This document shows positions 59,422-64,000 of a DNA stretch of 64,000 nucleotides, in pieces. The number at the start of each line of letters is the position of its first letter. Position 1 is the first letter of the stretch. Origin of the DNA: Alphaproteobacteria bacterium (GTDB lineage: Bacteria; Pseudomonadota; Alphaproteobacteria; GCA-2731375). The translations under genes and the position numbers were made by a program. The stretch lies in contig JASLMH010000002.1 in the NCBI GenBank assembly GCA_030746635.1, positions 6,348-70,347 on the forward strand, written 5' to 3'. A model generated the notes under the pieces. That model made no database searches. It had not been told where the DNA came from and saw only the letters and a list, made by a program, of their open reading frames with translations.

Positions 59422-59883
59422 TCAGTCGTTCATGCCCAGATCGCCTTTGAGCGCCGCGATCACCTCCGTCACTTTCACCGTGTTGGGATAGACCCGGTCA
59501 AAGCCCATGTCGCCGAACCTCTGTTCGATGGCCGGCCAATTCCTCTCCAGTTCCAGCGGCGCCGCCAGGGTCCCGCCGGCATAAAGAAGGATGTCCTTGA
59601 GCCCCGCCTCGATGCATTTGTCCCGCAGGCCCTCGCAGTCCAGAATCCCCATGCCGTACATCGAGGAAACCAAAATGGCATCGGCGTTGGTTTCGATGGC
59701 GGCATTGACGAAATCCTCCTGCGGCACCACGGCGCCCAGGAAGGTGACCTCGAATCCGGCTTCCGTGAGGGCCTTCTGCAGGACCCAGGCGCCGATCATA
59801 TGGGCATCGGCCCCGATGGTGCCGATGACGATGTTTCCACTCAACATGTCGGCCTCTCGATGTTTCGCCGGGTCCTTAGCCAT
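59422..59883 (-). CDS. glmS: Glutamate-mutase-type cobalamin-binding S subunit
   Basis: IVIGTIGADAHMIG (D-x-H-x-x-G), AAIETNADAILVSSMYG, DCEGLRDKC, LLYAGG, MGFDRVY. This is the mutase glmS/mamA, not glucosamine synthase. Confidence 0.92.
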   Translation of the reverse strand: MAKDPAKHREADMLSGNIVIGTIGADAHMIGAWVLQKALTEAGFEVTFLGAVVPQEDFVNAAIETNADAILVSSMYGMGILDCEGLRDKCIEAGLKDILLYAGGTLAAPLELERNWPAIEQRFGDMGFDRVYPNTVKVTEVIAALKGDLGMND

Positions 59884-61402
59884 CGCCCAACGCCTGGCCC
59901 TCGGCGGCCAGGCTGGCCGCCATTTCGGCGAGGTTCCGCTGATCCACCTTGTCGCCGACGGTCGGCAGCGCCTCGAGGATAATCAGCCGCTCGGGCACCT
60001 TATAGTAGGCAAAACCCTGGTCCAGGAGATACCGGCGCAGGGGCTCGAGCTCGACGGTGCGGCCGGTCTTGGGAACCACGCAGGCGCAGACCCGTTCGCC
60101 CAGGATCGGGTCGGGCACGGGCACCACCGCCACCTGGTCGATATCCAAATGGGTCCGCAGCAAGGTCTCGATCTCGACCGGGATCACCTTCTCGCCGCCC
60201 CGCACGATGACGTTCTTCATCCGTCCGATGATCGAATAGTTGCCTTGATCATCCAGGCGCGCCAGATCGCCGGTCTGAAACCAGCCGTCGATCCAGCTGT
60301 CGTGGCCCGCGGCGCCCAGATAGCCGCCGGCGCAGCACGGACCGCGACCGATCAAGTGGCCGGTTTCACCCTTGGGCACGTCCGCGCCATCGGCATCGAC
60401 GAGGCGGAATTCGGTGCCGCCGCGGGGCTTGCCGACGGTGCGCCGGCGAACCTCCGGCGGATCGGCGGGTAGGGCGCAGGCCCAGCCACCGAAATCCGCG
60501 CCGCCATAGGTGGAGACGACGGGTGCGCCAGTGGCGGTCTCGAGCTCCTCGGCCAGGGAGGCGGGCATCACCGCACCCGAGGTGTACCAAATGCGGACGC
60601 TGGCGGTGCCGACGCCATCGAGGCCGGGCGCCAGCATGGCCAACTGGGCCGGCGTGGCGCAGACCAGGCTTGGCCCCTCGCTCTCGATCAGTTCCAGCGC
60701 CCGCTCGGTCGAGAAAATCGGCATGGTGACGATACTGGCGCCGATCATGGGCGCCCCCAGCCAGGCCGGCCGGGCCGGGCCGGCGCCGTGCGAGAGGACC
60801 AGGAAGGTGTCCTCCGGCCGCAAATCCAGGATTTCGATCTGCGCCTCGGCGCGCCGGCTGGCGGCCTCGCCGGTGTAGTGGGCGATCTTCGGAATGCCCT
60901 CCGATCCCGACGTCGCCAGCGCATGGACCATCTCGCCCAAGCCCAGCGCCGCCGCCGGCTCCGGTCGCGGTCCTTCGAGACTGGGAAGCCTCTCTTCCGG
61001 TAGTGTCAGCCGTTCCGGCGGCTGCTCCAGGCGGCCGCGGATCTCGGCGCATTCGGCGGCGTAATCGCGGCCGCGGAACTGCCCCTTGGAAATCAGCAGG
61101 GCCGGGCCGGTGCTTTCGAGGATGGCCGTCAATTCCCGCATGCCCTGGCTGGCCGGCACGGGAATAAAGGGGTGTCCGCCACGTTCGCAGGCGAAGCGCA
61201 GCAGGTTCCATTCGACGCAATTGGGCAACCAGGCGACGATGGGCCGGCCGCGGGCGAAACCTTGCGTCGACAACCAGCCGGCGGTGGCGTCCATCCAGGC
61301 GGCGGTCTGCCCCCAGGAGAGCCGGAAGCGGTCGTCGGCGAGCGCCGGGGCGGCGGGCCGCTCGAAGCCGTGTCGGGCGACCGCCGCCGTGATGGTCTCC
61401 AT
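59876..61402 (-). CDS. ANL-superfamily adenylating enzyme (acyl/aryl-CoA ligase-like)
   Basis: ATSGSEGIPK, TYGGAD, WFQTGDL, GRMKNVIVRGGEKV, PDPILGERVCA, YKVPE. Start at 61402 overlaps the upstream stop. Confidence 0.85.
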   Translation of the reverse strand: METITAAVARHGFERPAAPALADDRFRLSWGQTAAWMDATAGWLSTQGFARGRPIVAWLPNCVEWNLLRFACERGGHPFIPVPASQGMRELTAILESTGPALLISKGQFRGRDYAAECAEIRGRLEQPPERLTLPEERLPSLEGPRPEPAAALGLGEMVHALATSGSEGIPKIAHYTGEAASRRAEAQIEILDLRPEDTFLVLSHGAGPARPAWLGAPMIGASIVTMPIFSTERALELIESEGPSLVCATPAQLAMLAPGLDGVGTASVRIWYTSGAVMPASLAEELETATGAPVVSTYGGADFGGWACALPADPPEVRRRTVGKPRGGTEFRLVDADGADVPKGETGHLIGRGPCCAGGYLGAAGHDSWIDGWFQTGDLARLDDQGNYSIIGRMKNVIVRGGEKVIPVEIETLLRTHLDIDQVAVVPVPDPILGERVCACVVPKTGRTVELEPLRRYLLDQGFAYYKVPERLIILEALPTVGDKVDQRNLAEMAASLAAEGQALGDG

Positions 61403-61701
61403 CAGTCTTTTTCCAGCGCCTCCAGCACGGTGAAATAGTCGCTGTAGGGTGGCGCGTCGAAAATCGGCGGCAGTTCCTCGACGATGCGCACGCTGCAGGG
61501 CTCGGTATCCCGGGCGCCGACCACCGAACGCAACCACAACAGCGGCTCGCCCGCGAGGGGCGTTTCGGAAATAACCGCACGCACGGCGATACCCCGATAC
61601 TTGTGCCGCCCCGGCGTCAGGTCGCGAAGGGTCAGCACCACCTCACGGCCCGAAACGGCGCGCTGGCGATCACGGACGAATGCCTCGTATTCCTGTGCCA
61701 T
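61402..61701 (-). CDS. Phenylphosphate carboxylase gamma subunit (PpcC)-like small protein
   Basis: EYEAFV…VLTLRDLTPGRHKY…VRAVIS…LWLRSVVG…SVRIVE parallels PpcC as I remember it (WEVFV…LSVRTLNPG..KY…VRAEVS…SIRIIE). AGGAG/CAGGAC RBS; directly after the UbiD gene. Confidence 0.7.
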   Translation of the reverse strand: MAQEYEAFVRDRQRAVSGREVVLTLRDLTPGRHKYRGIAVRAVISETPLAGEPLLWLRSVVGARDTEPCSVRIVEELPPIFDAPPYSDYFTVLEALEKD

Positions 61702-61712
61702 GTCCTGCGCTC

Positions 61713-63134
61713 CTACAGTCCCAGCTTCCGCCAACGCGCGTTCACGCGATCCTGAACATCCTGGGAATACATCGAATCCAGGGTCGCGCGGACCGGTGTC
61801 GTCTCGGCCGGCCAGTCCGGCGGCCAGGTGGCGTCGAACGCGACACTGGCCCCCAGCTTACCCAGCCGCTCCTCCTGGCTGTAGGCGGGGGTCAGGGCGT
61901 TGGCCCGGCCCTCGTAACGATGAATGTGGGTGCCGCGGTCGGGGTGGCATTTGGTGGAGAAAGCGTGGATTACCGCGGACTGGTTGAAGACGTCCACATC
62001 GTCGTCGACGACGATGATCTTGGACATCAGGGCGCGTCGCGCGGTTAGGACTTCGACCACCTGGCGGGCAACCTCGGGGCCGCCCCGGCTGACCGAAACG
62101 ATCGCCATATGGACGCCGCTTTCCGGCGGAATGTAGACCTCGGACACCGGCACCCCGTGCCGTTCCAGACGCCGGCGGATGGCGATGGCGCCCGAGATCG
62201 AAGTCGTCACGGCGCTGGAATCCATGAAGCCGGTGGTGTCGATCGTAAAGATCGGATCGCGGCGGTGGGTGATGGCCGTCACCCGAGCGCAGACGGAATT
62301 GCCCATCTCGCCGCTGCGATAGCCCGGATATTCGCCGTACGGTCCTTCCTGGGCGATCTTGTCGGGATAGATCTCGGCCTCGACGACGATCTCGGCGGAG
62401 GCCGGGACATAAAGGTCCGAGGTCTCGCACTTGATCAATTCCACCGGACTTTCGCCCAAGCCGCCGGCCAGTTCGACCTCGTCGCCGCCGATGCGGAAGG
62501 TCGCCGTGGAGCTCAAATGGCTGGGCTGGTCGGTGCCGATGGCGATGGCGATCGGCATCACTTCGCCCTTTGGCGCGTAGCCGTCCAGCAGCATCTTGCC
62601 CAAGTGACTGGTCGGCCGTGGATAGCCGGTCATGTGGCGTTCGTCGTGGATCATGAAGCGATACATGCCCCAGTTCACCCAGCCGCTGTCGCGGTCCTTG
62701 GAGACCACCAGATCCCAGGTGCCCAGATAGCGGCCGCCATCGCCGTCATGCACCATGGGCACCGGCAAATCGAAAAGATCGATCTCATCCCGCGGGATGA
62801 TCACTTCCTTGCAGGCTGAATCGTTGACCAGGATCGGCGGGATGGGGTTCTGCTCGCGCTCGGCATAGATCCTGTAGAGTTCGCGTATCGGCGTATCGGC
62901 GGGCAGGCCCAGCGCCACGGCATAGCGCCGCCAGCCGGTCACCGGGTTGGCGAGTACCCGCCAGCCGGCATAGTCCTTGACGTTGTTGAACATGAAGGCG
63001 GGGCCGTCGCGCTCGCAACTGAGGCGCCCGATGCCGGCCAACTCCTGGTCCCAATCCACTTCGTCGTCGATGGTCACCAGGTCGCGACTGGCCGCCAACG
63101 CCTCGGTGAACTCCCTGAGATCCTTATGTGCCAT
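61713..63134 (-). CDS. UbiD-family prFMN-dependent (de)carboxylase
   Basis: DLREF, EVDW, GPAFMF, DGGRY, NWGMYR, VPASAEIVVE, EGPYGEYPGY (E-x4-E), IIVVDDDVD, FDATWP. Confidence 0.93.
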   Translation of the reverse strand: MAHKDLREFTEALAASRDLVTIDDEVDWDQELAGIGRLSCERDGPAFMFNNVKDYAGWRVLANPVTGWRRYAVALGLPADTPIRELYRIYAEREQNPIPPILVNDSACKEVIIPRDEIDLFDLPVPMVHDGDGGRYLGTWDLVVSKDRDSGWVNWGMYRFMIHDERHMTGYPRPTSHLGKMLLDGYAPKGEVMPIAIAIGTDQPSHLSSTATFRIGGDEVELAGGLGESPVELIKCETSDLYVPASAEIVVEAEIYPDKIAQEGPYGEYPGYRSGEMGNSVCARVTAITHRRDPIFTIDTTGFMDSSAVTTSISGAIAIRRRLERHGVPVSEVYIPPESGVHMAIVSVSRGGPEVARQVVEVLTARRALMSKIIVVDDDVDVFNQSAVIHAFSTKCHPDRGTHIHRYEGRANALTPAYSQEERLGKLGASVAFDATWPPDWPAETTPVRATLDSMYSQDVQDRVNARWRKLGL

Positions 63135-63236
63135 GTTTCGCCTTTCCTCCTTGGCCGGGAACGTTGTTGTTTCCCGAATTGTGTACGAATTGCTCGAAAG
63201 AAGACACTTGTCCCGGCTGGCGGCGGGCGATGACCC

Positions 63237-64000
63237 TCACGGCAGGATCGAGGCGAACTGGATATCTTCGACCACCATGTCGAAGTCCGCCTGGCGGCCG
63301 TCGCGCTGCTCGCGCTCGGCGATCTTTTCGCGATGGTAGTCCTTCACCTCCCTGGGCAGGGGGATATCGCCGGTCTCCAGATAGCGGACGGCGTTTTCCG
63401 CATCCCGTACCAGCAGGACCTTGCCGTTGCTGTGCTTCCACGGCGTCACCATGGTATCGACCCAGCCGGCCTCGACGCCGGCGCACAGACCGATGGCGAT
63501 GTCGCCGTCGCCGATCTCCAGGCATTTCTCCATCAGCGTCCTGACCTCCAACTCGATCATCGCCTCTTCCTGACGGAGTTCGTCGTTATCGGGCAGCTTC
63601 TGGGTGCTCATCAGGGTCAGCATGTGCCGCGCCAGCCTGACCGACTTCGCCATGCCTTCCTTGGTCGGCGTGGCCAGTGCCTCGTCCTGGCATTTCAGGA
63701 TGACGCCCGGGAAGCCGCCCATCACCGGAATGATGGTATTCCAGGCGATCATCGCGTTGGCTTCCTCCTCGCCGGGCGCCCAGGCGCCCAGGAAGGGGAA
63801 ACTGCCGGTGAAGAACTCGACGTCGGCGTAGCCGAAGCGCCGGCAGTATTCGTAACAGAGCCTCTCGGTGACCCGGATCATGGCGATGTCCTGCACCAGG
63901 TTCATGTTCAGGCCGTGGGAGAGGAACTGATATTTCACGCCCTGTTCGGCCGCCAGCAGGGCCTCCGAGACATGCACGAAGCAGTGGAAGCCGGCGCTGT
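63237..64000 (-). CDS. Divergent glutamate mutase epsilon (GlmE/MamB)-like subunit, 5' part outside the window
   Basis: EALLAAEQGVK, NLVQDIA, ILK-x-x-x-EA…PTKE, GDGDIAIG, VRDAENAVRYLETGDIP, FDMVVEDI, colinear with the GlmE C-terminal half. Confidence 0.88.
   Translation of the reverse strand, partial: SAGFHCFVHVSEALLAAEQGVKYQFLSHGLNMNLVQDIAMIRVTERLCYEYCRRFGYADVEFFTGSFPFLGAWAPGEEEANAMIAWNTIIPVMGGFPGVILKCQDEALATPTKEGMAKSVRLARHMLTLMSTQKLPDNDELRQEEAMIELEVRTLMEKCLEIGDGDIAIGLCAGVEAGWVDTMVTPWKHSNGKVLLVRDAENAVRYLETGDIPLPREVKDYHREKIAEREQRDGRQADFDMVVEDIQFASILP

Overview
High-GC genomic window from an alphaproteobacterium (inferred from conserved gene blocks: cysS-cimA-RNA methyltransferase-rpsD; purC-purS-purQ-purL-bolA-grxD with DUF1476 and purB; ilvE divergent from a MarR/OmpR/EnvZ-type trio). 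The core blocks are interleaved with many acyl-CoA/aromatic catabolic genes, three PEP-CTERM surface proteins, a two-component/cyclase operon and REP-type repeats. The most interesting locus is at the right edge (57968-64000, minus strand, truncated). There a divergent coenzyme-B12 glutamate-mutase-like system (GlmE-like, GlmS, GlmL) is split by, and tightly coupled to, a UbiD-family (de)carboxylase, a phenylphosphate-carboxylase-gamma-like small protein and an adenylating enzyme, with no methylaspartate ammonia-lyase visible. This suggests an undescribed radical-rearrangement plus (de)carboxylation pathway. Other notable structure: (i) a 2.76-kb regulator+ankyrin cassette bracketed by 131-bp direct repeats that duplicate the 3' end of a molybdoenzyme gene; (ii) REP-IHF-REP elements between convergent genes; (iii) a shared sigma54/IHF/enhancer module upstream of two PEP-CTERM genes; (iv) a tandem carboxyltransferase duplication that includes its promoter; (v) a candidate Ile/Cys-rich leader peptide before cysS-cimA. 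All family calls come from motif recognition by eye; no searches were run.
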